Of a DNA stretch of 64,000 bases, positions 43,501-55,885 are shown piece by piece. A program made the position numbers and the translations under genes. The DNA lies in NCBI GenBank assembly GCA_964016885.1, contig OZ024741.1:211916001-211980000 (forward strand). The letters run 5' to 3'. The notes below the pieces were generated by a model that was not told the origin of the DNA, did no database searches, and saw nothing but the letters and a program-made list of their open reading frames with translations. Positions within the stretch are counted from its first letter, which is position 1. Each line of letters starts with the position of its first letter. Source of the DNA: Eledone cirrhosa (taxonomy: Eukaryota).

Positions 43501-46500
43501 TTGTCATTGTTGTTGATGTTGTTATTGTTGTTGATGTTGTCATTGTTGTTGGTGTTGTCATTGTTGTTGGTGCTGTCATTGTTGTTGATGTTGTCATTGT
43601 TGTTGATGTTGTTATTGTTGTTGATGTCGTTATTGTTGTTGATGTTGTCATTGTTGTTGATGTTCTTATTGTTGTTGTCATTGATGTTGTTATTGTTGTT
43701 GATGTTGTTATTGTTGTTGATGTTGTTATTGTTGTTGATGTTGTCATTGTTGTTGATGTTGTCATTGTTGTTGATGTTGTTTTTGTTGTTGATGTTGTTA
43801 TTGTTGTTGATGTTGTTATTGTTGTTGTTGTCATTGTTGTTGATGTTGTTATTGTTGTTGATGTTGTTATTGTTGTTGATGTTGTCATTGTTGTTGATGT
43901 TGTTATTGTTGTTGATGTTGTCATTGTTGTTGATGTTTTTATTGTTGTTGATGTTGTCATTGTTGTTGATGTTGTCATTGTTGTTGATGTTGTTATTGTT
44001 GTTGATGTTGTCATTGTTGTTGATGTTGTTATTGTTGTTGATGTTGTCATTGTTGTTGATGTTGTCATTGTTGTTGATGTTGTTATTGTTGTTGATGTTG
44101 TCATTGTTGTTGATGTTGTCATTGTTGTTGATGTTGTTATTGTTGTTGATGTTGTCATTGTTGTTGATGTTGTTATTGTTGTTGATGTTGTTTTTGTTGT
44201 TGATGTTGTTATTGTTGTTGATGTTGTTATTGTTGTTGATGTTGTCATTGTTGTTGATGTTGTTATTGTTGTTGATGTTGTTATTGTTGTTGATGTTGTT
44301 ATTGTTGTTGATGTTGTCATTGTTGTTGATGTTGTTATCGTTGTTGATATTGCTATTGTTGATGTTGTTATTGTTGTTGATGTTGTCATTGTTGTTGATG
44401 TAGTCATTGTTGTTGATGTTCTTATTGTTGTTGATGTTGTTATTGTTGTTGATGTTGTTATTGTTGTTGATGTTGTTATTGTTGGTGATGTTGTCATTGT
44501 TGTTGATGTTGTTATTGTTGTTGATGTTGTTATTGTTGTTGATGTTGTTATTGTTGTTGATGTTGTTATTGTTGTTGATGTTGTTATTGTTGGTGATGTT
44601 GTCATTGTTATTGATGTTGTTATTGTTGTTGATGTTGTCATTGTTGTTGATGTTGTTATAGTTGTTGATGTTGTCATTGTTGTTGATGTTGTCATTGTTG
44701 TTGATGTTGTTATAGTTGTTGATGTTGTCATTGTTGTTGATGTTGTCATTGTTGTTGATGTTGTTATTATTGTTGATGTTGTTATTGTTGTTGATGTTGT
44801 TATTGTTGTTGATGTTGTCATTGTTGTTGATGTTGTTATTGTTGTTGATGTTGTCATTGTTGTTGATGTTGTTATTGTTGTTGATGTTGTTATTGTTGGT
44901 GATGTTGTCATTGTTGTTGATGTTGTTATTGTTGTTGATGTTGTTATTGTTGTTGATGTTGTTATTGTTGGTGATGTTGTCATTGTTGTTGATGTTGTTA
45001 TTGTTGTTGATGTTGTTATTGTTGTTGATGTTGTTATTGTTGTTGATGTTGTTATTGTTGGTGATGTTGTCATTGTTGTTGATGTTGTCATTGTTGTTGA
45101 TGTTGTTATTGTTGTTGATGTTTTCATTGTTGTTGATGTTGTTATTGTTGTTGATGTTGTTATTGTTGTTGTCATTGTTGTTGATGTTGTTATTGTTGTT
45201 GATGTTGTTATTGATGTTGATGTTGTTATTGTTGTTGATGTTGTAATTGTTGTTGATGTTGTCATTGTTGTTGATGTTGTTATCGTTGTTGATGTTGTTA
45301 TTGTTGTTGATGTTGTTATTGTTGTTGATGTTGTTATCGTTGTTGATGTTGTCATTGATGTTGATGTTGTCATTGTTGTTGATGTTGTTATTGTTGTTGA
45401 TGTTATTGTTGTTGATGTTGTTATCGTTGTTGATGTTGTTATTGTTGTTGATGTTGTCGTTGTTGTTGATTTTGTTATTGTTGTTGATGTTGTCATTGTT
45501 TTTCATGTTGTTATTGTTGTTGGTGTTGTCATTGTTGTTGATGTTGTTAATGTTGTTGATGTTGTTATTGTTGTTGGTGTTTTCATTGTTGTTGATGTTG
45601 TTATTGTTGTTGATGTTGATATTGTTGTTCGTGTTGTCATTGTTATTGATGTTGTTATTGATGTTGATGTTGTTATTGTTGTTGATGTTGTTATTGTTGT
45701 TGATGTTGTCATTGTTGTTGATGTTGTCATTGTTGTTGATGTTGTCATTGTTGTTGATGTTGTTATTGTTGTTGATGTTGTTATTGTTGTTGATGTCGTC
45801 ATTGTTGTTGATGTTGTTATTGTTGTTGATGTTGTCATTGTTGTTGATGTTGTTATTGTTGTTGATGTTGTTATTGTTGTTGATGTTGTTATTGTTGTTG
45901 ATGTTGTTATTTTTGTTGATGTTGTTATTGTTGTTGAGGCTGTTATTGTTGTTGATGTTGTCATTGTTGTTGATGTTGTTATCGTTGTTGATGTTGCTAT
46001 TGTTGATGTTGTTATTGTTGTTGATGTTGTCATTGTTGTTGATGTAGTCATTGTTGTTGATGTTGTTAATGTTGTTGATGTTGTTATTGTTGTTGATGTT
46101 GTCATTGTTGTTGATGTTGTCATTGTTGTTGATGTTGTTATTGTTGTTGATGTTGTTATTGTTGTTGATGTTGTTGTTGTTGGTGATGTTGTCATTGTTG
46201 TTGATGTTGTCATTGTTTTTGATGTTGTTATTGTTGTTGATGTTGTTATTGTTGTTGGTGTTTTCATTGTTGTTGATGTTGTTATTGTTGTTGATGTTGT
46301 TATTGTTGTTGTCATTGTTGTCATTGTTGTTATTGTTGTTGATGTTGTTATTGATGTTGATGTTGTTATTGTTGTTGATGTTGTAATTGTTGTTGATGTT
46401 CTCATTGTTGTTGATGTTGTTATTGTTGTTGATGTTGTTATTGTTGTTGATGTTGTTATCGTTGTTGATGTTGTCATTGTTGTTGATGTTGTCATTGTTG

Positions 46501-49500
46501 TTGATGTTGTTATTGTTGTTGATGTTATTGTTGTTGATGTTGTTATCGTTGTTGATGTTGTTATTGTTGTTGATGTTGTCGTTGTTGTTGATTTTGTTAT
46601 TGTTGTTGATGTTGTCATTGTTTTTGATGTTGTAATTGTTGTTGGTGTTGTCATTGTTGTTGATGTTGTTATTGTTGTTGATGTTGTTATTGTTGTTGGT
46701 GTTTTCATTGTTGTTGATGTTGTTATTGTTGTTGATGTTGATATTGTTGTTGGTGTTGTCATTGTTGTTGATGTTGTTATTGTTGTTGCTGTTGTTATTG
46801 TTGTTGATGTTGTCATTGTTGTTGATGTTGTTATTGTTGTTGATGTTGTTATTGTTGTTGATGTTGTCATTGTTGTTGATGTTGTTATTGTTGTTGATGT
46901 TGTCATTGTTGTTGATGTTGTTATTGTTGTTGATGTTGTTATTGTTGTTGATATTGTCATTGTTGTTGATGTTGTCATTGTTGTTGATGTTGTTATTGTT
47001 GTTGATGTTGTTATTGTTGTTGATGTTGTTATTGTTGTTGATGTTGTCATTGTTGTTGATGTTGTTATTGTTGTTGATGTTGTCATTGTTGTTGATGTTG
47101 TTATTGTTGTTGATGTTGTTATTGTTGTTGATGTTGTTATTGTTGTCGATGTTGTCATTGTTGTTGATGTTGTTATTGTTGTTGATGTTGTCATTGTTGT
47201 TGATGTTGTTATTGTTGTTGATGTTGTTGTTGATGTTGTTATTGTTGTTGATGTTGATATTTTTGTTGATGTTGTCATTGTTGTTGATGTTGTCATTGTT
47301 GTTGATGTTGTTATCGTTGTTGATGTTGTTATTGTTGTTGATGTTGTTATTGTTGTTGACGTTGTTATTGTTGTTGATGTTGTTATTGTTGTTGATGTTG
47401 TCATTGTTGTTGATGTTGTTATTGTTGTTGATGTTGTCATTGTTGTTGATGTTGTTATTGTTGTTGATGTTGTCATTGTTGTTGATGTTGTTATTGTTGT
47501 TGATGTTGTTATTGTTGTTGGTGTTGTTATTGTTGTTGATGTTGTTATTGTTGTTGATGTTGTTATTGTTGTTGATGTTGTTATTGTTGTTGATGTTGTC
47601 ATTGTTGTTGATGTTGTCATTGTTGTTGATGTTGTTATTGTTGTTGATGTTGTTATTGTTGTTGATGTTGTTATCGTCTTTGATGTTGTTATTTTTGTTG
47701 ATGTTGTTGTTGATGTTGTCATTGTTGTTGATGTTGTTATTGTTGTTGGTGTTGTCATTGTTGTTGATGTTGTTATTGTTGTTGATGTTGTTATTGTTGT
47801 TGATGTTGTCATTGTTGTTGATGTTGTTATTGTTGTTGATTTTGTTATCGTTGTTGATGTTGTTATTGTTGTTGATGTTGTTATTGTTGTTGACGTTGTT
47901 ATGGTTGTTGATGTTGTTATTGTTGTTGATGTTGTCATTGTTGTTGATGTTGTTATTGTTGTTGATGTTGTCATTGTTGTTGATGTTGTTATTGTTATTG
48001 ATGTTGTCATTGTTGTTGATGTTGTTATTGTTGTTGATGTTGTTATTGTTGATGTTGTTATTGTTGTTGATGTCATTGTTGTTGATGTTGTCATTGTTGT
48101 TGATGTTGTCATTGTTGTTGATGTTGTTATTGTTGTTGATGTTGTCATTGTTGTTGATGTTGTTATTGTTGTTGATTTTGTTATTGTTGTTGATGTTGTC
48201 ATTGTTGTTGATGTTATTGTTGTTGATGTTGTTATTGTTGTTGATGTTGTTATTGTTGTTGATGTTGTTATTGTTGTTGATGTTGTTATTGTTGTTGATG
48301 TTGTTATTGTTGATGTTGTCATTGTTGTTGATGTTGTTATTGTTGTTGATGTTGTTATTGTTGTTGATGTTGTCATTGTTGTTGATGTTGTTATTGTTGT
48401 TGATGTTGTCATTGTTGTTGATGTTTTTATTGTTGTTGATGTTGTCATTGTTGTTGATGTTGTCATTGTTGTTGATGTTGTTATTGTTGTTGATGTTGTT
48501 ATTGTTGTTGATGTTGTCATTGTTGTTGATGTTGTCATTGTTGATGTTGTTATTGTTGTTGATGTTGATATTGTTGTTGATGTTGTTATTGTTGTTGATG
48601 TTGTTATTGTTGTTGATGTTGTCATTGTTGTTGATGTTGTCATTGTTGTTGATGTTGTTATTGTTGTTGATGTTGTTATTGCTGTTGATTTTGTTATTGT
48701 TGTCGATGCTGTTATTGTTTTTGATGTTGTTATTGTTGTTGATGTTGTTATTGTTGTTGATGTTGTCATTGTTGTTGATGTTGTTATTGTTGTTGATGTT
48801 GTCATTGTTGTTGGTGTTGTCATTGTTGTTGGTGCTGTCATTGTTGTTGATGTTGTCATTGTTGTTGATGTTGTTATTGTTGTTGATGTCGTTATTGTTG
48901 TTGATGTTGTCATTGTTGTTGATGTTCTTATTGTTGTTGTCATTGATGTTGTTATTGTTGTTGATGTTGTTATTGTTGTTGATGTTGTTATTGTTGTTGA
49001 TGTTGTCATTGTTGTTGATGTTGTCATTGTTGTTGATGTTGTTTTTGTTGTTGATGTTGTTATTGTTGTTGATGTTGTTATTGTTGTTGTTGTCATTGTT
49101 GTTGATGTTGTTATTGTTGTTGATGTTGTTATTGTTGTTGATGTTGTCATTGTTGTTGATGTTGTTATTGTTGTTGATGTTGTCATTGTCGTTGATGTTT
49201 TTATTGTTGTTGATGTTGTCATTGTTGTTGATGTTGTCATTGTTGTTGATGTTGTTATTGTTGTTGATGTTGTCATTGTTGTTGATGTTGTTATTGTTGT
49301 TGATGTTGTCATTGTTGTTGATGTTGTCATTGTTGTTGATGTTGTTATTGTTGTTGATGTTGTCATTGTTGTTGATGTTGTCATTGTTGTTGATGTTGTT
49401 ATTGTTGTTGATGTTGTCATTGTTGTTGATGTTGTTATTGTTGTTGATGTTGTTTTTGTTGTTGATGTTGTTATTGTTGTTGATGTTGTTATTGTTGTTG

Positions 49501-52500
49501 ATGTTGTCATTGTTGTTGATGTTGTTATTGTTGTTGATGTTGTTATTGTTGTTGATGTTGTCATTGTTGTTGATGTTGTTATTGTTGTTGATGTTGTCAT
49601 TGTTGTTGATGTTGATATTGTTGTTGATGTTGTTATTGTTGTTGATGTTGTCATTGTTGTTGATGTTGTCATTGTTGTTGATGTTGTTATTGTTGTTGAT
49701 GTTGTTATTGTTCTTGATGTTGTTGATGTTGTTATTGTTGTCGATGTTGTCATTGTTGTTGATGTTGTTATTGTTGTTGATGTTGTCATTGTTGTTGATG
49801 TTGTTATTGTTGTTGATGTTGTTATTGTTGTTGATGTTGTTATTGTTGTTGATGTTGTTATTGTTGTTGATGTTGTCATTGTTGTTGATGTTGTTATCGT
49901 TGTTGATATTGCTATTGTTGATGTTGTTATTGTTGTTGATGTTGTCATTGTTGTTGATGTAGTCATTGTTGTTGATGTTCTTATTGTTGTTGATGTTGTT
50001 ATTGTTGTTGATGTTGTTATTGTTGTTGATGTTGTTATTGTTGGTGATGCTGTCATTGTTGTTGATGTTGTTATTGTTGTTGATGTTGTTATTGTTGTTG
50101 ATGTTGTTATTGTTGTTGATGTTGTTATTGTTGTTGATGTTGTTATTGTTGGTGATGTTGTCATTGTTATTGATGTTGTTATTGTTGTTGATGTTGTCAT
50201 TGTTGTTGATGTTGTTATAGTTGTTGATGTTGTCATTGTTGTTGATGTTGTCATTGTTGTTGATGTTGTTATAGTTGTTGATGTTGTCATTGTTGTTGAT
50301 GTTGTCATTGTTGTTGATGTTGTTATTATTGTTGATGTTGTTATTGTTGTTGATGTTGTTATTGTTGTTGATGTTGTCATTGTTGTTGATGTTGTTATTG
50401 TTGTTGATGTTGTCATTGTTGTTGATGTTGTTATTGTTGTTGATGTTGTTATTGTTGGTGATGTTGTCATTGTTGTTGATGTTGTTATTGTTGTTGATGT
50501 TGTTATTGTTGTTGATGTTGTTATTGTTGGTGATGTTGTCATTGTTGTTGATGTTGTTATTGTTGTTGATGTTGTTATTGTTGTTGATGTTGTTATTGTT
50601 GTTGATGTTGTTATTGTTGGTGATGTTGTCATTGTTGTTGATGTTGTCATTGTTGTTGATGTTGTTATTGTTGTTGATGTTTTCATTGTTGTTGATGTTG
50701 TTATTGTTGTTGATGTTGTTATTGTTGTTGTCATTGTTGTTGATGTTGTTATTGTTGTTGATGTTGTTATTGATGTTGATGTTGTTATTGTTGTTGATGT
50801 TGTAATTGTTGTTGATGTTGTCATTGTTGTTGATGTTGTTATCGTTGTTGATGTTGTTATTGTTGTTGATGTTGTTATTGTTGTTGATGTTGTTATCGTT
50901 GTTGATGTTGTCATTGTTGTTGATGTTGTCATTGTTGTTGATGTTGTTATTGTTGTTGATGTTATTGTTGTTGATGTTGTTATCGTTGTTGATGTTGTTA
51001 TTGTTGTTGATGTTGTCGTTGTTGTTGATTTTGTTATTGTTGTTGATGTTGTCATTGTTTTTCATGTTGTTATTGTTGTTGGTGTTGTCATTGTTGTTGA
51101 TGTTGTTAATGTTGTTGATGTTGTTATTGTTGTTGGTGTTTTCATTGTTGTTGATGTTGTTATTGTTGTTGATGTTGATATTGTTGTTCGTGTTGTCATT
51201 GTTATTGATGTTGTTATTGATGTTGATGTTGTTATTGTTGTTGATGTTGTTATTGTTGTTGATGTTGTCATTGTTGTTGATGTTGTCATTGTTGTTGATG
51301 TTGTCATTGTTGTTGATGTTGTTATTGTTGTTGATGTTGTTATTGTTGTTGATGTCGTCATTGTTGTTGATGTTGTTATTGTTGTTGATGTTGTCATTGT
51401 TGTTGATGTTGTTATTGTTGTTGATGTTGTTATTGTTGTTGATGTTGTTATTGTTGTTGATGTTGTTATTTTTATTGATGTTGTTATTGTTGTTGAGGCT
51501 GTTATTGTTGTTGATGTTGTCATTGTTGTTGATGTTGTTATCGTTGTTGATGTTGCTATTGTTGATGTTGTTATTGTTGTTGATGTTGTCATTGTTGTTG
51601 ATGTAGTCATTGTTGTTGATGTTGTTAATGTTGTTGATGTTGTTATTGTTGTTGATGTTGTCATTGTTGTTGATGTTGTCATTGTTGTTGATGTTGTTAT
51701 TGTTGTTGATGTTGTTATTGTTGTTGATGTTGTTGTTGTTGGTGATGTTGTCATTGTTGTTGATGTTGTCATTGTTTTTGATGTTGTTATTGTTGTTGAT
51801 GTTGTTATTGTTGTTGGTGTTTTCATTGTTGTTGATGTTGTTATTGTTGTTGATGTTGTTATTGTTGTTGTCATTGTTGTCATTGTTGTTATTGTTGTTG
51901 ATGTTGTTATTGATGTTGATGTTGTTATTGTTGTTGATGTTGTAATTGTTGTTGATGTTCTCATTGTTGTTGATGTTGTTATTGTTGTTGATGTTGTTAT
52001 TGTTGTTGATGTTGTTATCGTTGTTGATGTTGTCATTGTTGTTGATGTTGTCATTGTTGTTGATGTTGTTATTGTTGTTGATGTTATTGTTGTTGATGTT
52101 GTTATCGTTGTTGATGTTGTTATTGTTGTTGATGTTGTCGTTGTTGTTGATTTTGTTATTGTTGTTGATGTTGTCATTGTTTTTGATGTTGTAATTGTTG
52201 TTGGTGTTGTCATTGTTGTTGATGTTGTTATTGTTGTTGATGTTGTTATTGTTGTTGGTGTTTTCATTGTTGTTGATGTTGTTATTGTTGTTGATGTTGA
52301 TATTGTTGTTGGTGTTGTCATTGTTGTTGATGTTGTTATTGTTGTTGCTGTTGTTATTGTTGTTGATGTTGTCATTGTTGTTGATGTTGTTATTGTTGTT
52401 GATGTTGTTATTGTTGTTGATGTTGTCATTGTTGTTGATGTTGTTATTGTTGTTGATGTTGTCATTGTTGTTGATGTTGTTATTGTTGTTGATGTTGTTA

Positions 52501-54470
52501 TTGTTGTTGATATTGTCATTGTTGTTGATGTTGTCATTGTTGTTGATGTTGTTATTGTTGTTGATGTTGTTATTGTTGTTGATGTTGTTATTGTTGTTGA
52601 TGTTGTCATTGTTGTTGATGTTGTTATTGTTGTTGATGTTGTCATTGTTGTTGATGTTGTTATTGTTGTTGATGTTGTTATTGTTGTTGATGTTGTTATT
52701 GTTGTCGATGTTGTCATTGTTGTTGATGTTGTTATTGTTGTTAATGTTGTCATTGTTGTTGATGTTGTTATTGTTGTTGATGTTGTTGTTGATGTTGTTA
52801 TTGTTGTTGATGTTGATATTTTTGTTGATGTTGTCATTGTTGTTGATGTTGTCATTGTTGTTGATGTTGTTATCGTTGTTGATGTTGTTATTGTTGTTGA
52901 TGTTGTTATTGTTGTTGACGTTGTTATTGTTGTTGATGTTGTTATTGTTGTTGATGTTGTCATTGTTGTTGATGTTGTTATTGTTGTTGATGTTGTCATT
53001 GTTGTTGATGTTGTTATTGTTGTTGATGTTGTCATTGTTGTTGATGTTGTTATTGTTGTTGATGTTGTTATTGTTGTTGGTGTTGTTATTGTTGTTGATG
53101 TTGTTATTGTTGTTGATGTTGTTATTGTTGTTGATGTTGTTATTGTTGTTGATGTTGTCATTGTTGTTGATGTTGTCATTGTTGTTGATGTTGTTATTGT
53201 TGTTGATGTTGTTATTGTTGTTGATGTTGTTATCGTCTTTGATGTTGTTATTGTTGTTGATGTTGTTGTTGATGTTGTCATTGTTGTTGATGTTGTTATT
53301 GTTGTTGGTGTTGTCATTGTTGTTGATGTTGTTATTGTTGTTGATGTTGTTATTGTTGTTGATGTTGTCATTGTTGTTGATGTTGTTATTGTTGTTGATT
53401 TTGTTATCGTTGTTGATGTTGTTATTGTTGTTGATGTTGTTATTGTTGTTGACGTTGTTATGGTTGTTGATGTTGTTATTGTTGTTGATGTTGTCATTGT
53501 TGTTGATGTTGTTATTGTTGTTGATGTTGTCATTGTTGTTGATGTTGTTATTGTTATTGATGTTGTCATTGTTGTTGATGTTGTTATTGTTGTTGATGTT
53601 GTTATTGTTGATGTTGTTATTGTTGTTGATGTCATTGTTGTTGATGTTGTCATTGTTGTTGATGTTGTCATTGTTGTTGATGTTGTTATTGTTGTTGATG
53701 TTGTCATTGTTGTTGATGTTGTTATTGTTGTTGATTTTGTTATTGTTGTTGATGTTGTCATTGTTGTTGATGTTATTGTTGTTGATGTTGTTATTGTTGT
53801 TGATGTTGTTATTGTTGTTGATGTTGTTATTGTTGTTGATGTTGTTATTGTTGTTGATGTTGTTATTGTTGATGTTGTCATTGTTGTTGATGTTGTTATT
53901 GTTGTTGATGTTGTTATTGTTGTTGATGTTGTCATTGTTGTTGATGTTGTTATTGTTGTTGATGTTGTCATTGTTGTTGATCTTTTTATTGTTGTTGATG
54001 TTGTCATTGTTGTTGATGTTGTCATTGTTGTTGATGTTGTTATTGTTGTTGATGTTGTTATTGTTGTTGATGTTGTCATTGTTGTTGATGTTGTCATTGT
54101 TGATGTTGTTATTGTTGTTGATGTTGATATTGTTGTTGATGTTGTTATTGTTGTTGATGTTGTTATTGTTGTTGATGTTGTCATTGTTGTTGATGTTGTC
54201 ATTGTTGTTGATGTTGTTATTGTTGTTGATGTTGTTATTGCTGTTGATTTTGTTATTGTTGTCGATGCTGTTATTGTTTTTGATGTTGTTATTGTTGTTG
54301 ATGTTGTTATTGTTGTTGATGTTGTCATTGTTGTTGATGTTGTTATTGTTGTTGATGTTGTCATTGTTGTTGGTGTTGTCATTGTTGTTGGTGCTGTCAT
54401 TGTTGTTGATGTTGTCATTGTTGTTGATGTTGTTATTGTTGTTGATGTCGTTATTGTTGTTGATGTTGTC
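37600..54470. repeat. Higher-order repeat of 5,262/5,559 bp, about 3.2 near-identical copies
   Basis: The marker gctgttgattttgttattgttgtcgatgct lies at 38,157, 43,419, 48,681 and 54,240 (spacings 5,262, 5,262, 5,559). gttcgtgtt lies at 40,365, 45,627 and 51,186. Identical artefact ORFs recur at the same offsets (39,145, 44,407, 49,966). Confidence 0.9.
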
Positions 54471-54825
54471 ATTGTTGCTGGTGTTGTCATTGATGTTGTT
54501 ATTGTTGTTGATGTTGTTATTGTTGTTGATGTTGTCATTGTTGTTGATGTTGTCATTGTTGTTGATGTTCTTATTGTTGTTGTCATTGATGTTGTTATTG
54601 TTGTTGATGTTGTTATTGTTGTTGATGTTGTTATTGTTGTTGATGTTGTTATTGTTGTTGATGTCGTTATTGTTGTTGATGTTGTTATTGTTGTTGATGT
54701 TGTTATTGTTGTTGATGTTGTTATTGTTGTTGAGGTTGTCATTGTTGTTGGTGTTGTTATTGTTGTTGATGTTGTTATTGTTGTTGATGTTGTTATTGTT
54801 GTTGGTGTGGTTATAGTTGTTATTT

Positions 54826-55590
54826 AAACCGAGAGAATCCCATTTTTCCTTCATTCCACAATTAATGAACAAGATGTTCCGTTGGTTGAACAACGGAGGT
54901 ACACACTCGTCCTCGAAACCGACGGAGGCCAATTTCCTTCCTGCCTTCCAAATTTCATGTGAAGGCCCTTTCTTTGATCTAACAACTACAACACTCACTC
55001 GTCTTCGAAATCGACGGAGGCTCATTTTCCTTATTTTAATTTTAATTTTTCCACCTTTTATTATAAAGCTCTCCTGTTGCTCAAAAGCTTAAACACACAC
55101 TCGTCTTTGCAATCGTCGGAGTCCCATTTTCAGCCTTATTTTTTCAATCTTTTTCCACGAATACAGACCCCTCCTCGATATCGACGGACGTCCAAAACCC
55201 ACCCTTTTTTTTCACATTGCATGAAAAAGCTTACCCGTTGTTCAAACACATCAGCACAATCGTCCTTGATATCGACGAAAGACCATTTTCCTAAAATAAA
55301 AAAAATTGAAATGCTTCCACATATCATGAGAAGACAGTTCCGGTGAGCAAACAACTGCACATTCATCCTCGAGATCGACGGACGACCATTCTCCCTTAAT
55401 TCTTTCCACATATCATGAGAAGATTGTTGCGGTGAGCAAACAACTGCACATTCATCCTCGAGATCGAAGGAAGACCATTCTCCCTTAATTCTTTCCACAT
55501 ATCATGAGAAGTTTGTTCCAATGAACAAACAACTAGAATACTCATCTTCGAAACCGACGCAGATCCATTCCTTTCTTCCTACATTCCATA
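54826..55590. repeat. Degenerate tandem array of ~90-bp units (about 9 copies, the first truncated by the satellite)
   Basis: The core cactcRtcYtcgaDaYcgacgga..ccatt recurs with centres at 54,826 (partial), 54,916, 55,008, 55,110, 55,178, 55,269, 55,372, 55,461 and 55,551. A second conserved block, ttccacatatcatgagaag, is shared. The copies at ~55,315-55,510 are nearly identical. Confidence 0.9.
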
Positions 55591-55885
55591 GCACACACAA
55601 TGAATACATAGATTCTAGAATGTTGAAGAGTCTAATGATATCTTTCAGTTAACATAAACTGGAATTCATTAACAGGTTAAAATAACTTTTAAGATTGCAT
55701 TCACTAGAAGCTATCTTCTATTGTACTACATATGTGTTCCGCTTTAGCGCCTGTTAACAGTTGGATCAGAGCAACTTGTCCAGAAATAATAGAATTTATA
55801 ATTCATTGAGGCTCATTCAAAAGATTCGTATTATTTTCAATCGAATTGATTATGCCAAATATCCAAGGTTACGTATGCGAACACA

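Larger units (their letters stand above)
1..54824. repeat. Giant tandem satellite, 18-bp monomer GTTGTYATTGTTGTTGAT, derived from (GTT)n with a 9-bp subperiod (GTT GTY ATT / GTT GTT GAT); open at the left edge of the window
   Basis: Seen directly and continuously from base 1 to ...gttatagttgttattt at ~54,824. Two common monomer variants (GTT or GTC at the second triplet), plus 9-, 12- and 15-bp deletion variants and scattered substitutions. The consensus is 16/18 G+T on the + strand. Confidence 0.99.

Noticed and set aside
393-54742. Mucin-like Thr/Ser-rich ORFs (TTSTTI)n on the minus strand
   Set aside because: This frame is broken by many stops (e.g. 393, 1,422, 4,090, 5,032, 7,804, 24,426, 40,241, 45,503, 51,062), and the stops are propagated with the higher-order repeats. 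There is no signal peptide or flanking mucin domain.
1-54824. Telomeric repeat, suggested by the G/T strand asymmetry and position at the window edge
   Set aside because: There are no GGG runs or TTAGGG-like units. The orientation is also wrong: the GT-rich strand runs 5'->3' toward the unique sequence rather than toward a chromosome end.
2-54827. Giant poly-Leu/Met and (VVIVVD)n ORFs on the + strand, up to 8,549 aa
   Set aside because: They are direct translations of the 18-bp monomer and switch register at the phase shifts. GTT/ATT/GAT codons cannot become stops by a single substitution, so long open frames are expected without selection.
54817-55498. ORFs 54,817-55,092, 55,077-55,346 and 55,136-55,498 as genes
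   Set aside because: The repeated peptide (EDEC) appears in shifting frames because unit lengths are often not multiples of 3, which indicates a DNA-level repeat.
54826-55590. Hammerhead or HDV-like ribozyme (retrozyme) monomers
   Set aside because: I found no CUGANGA...GAAA core on either strand. The tcctcg loop resembles HDV L3, but I could not build the P1/P2 nested pseudoknot by eye. A covariance-model search would be needed to exclude this fully.
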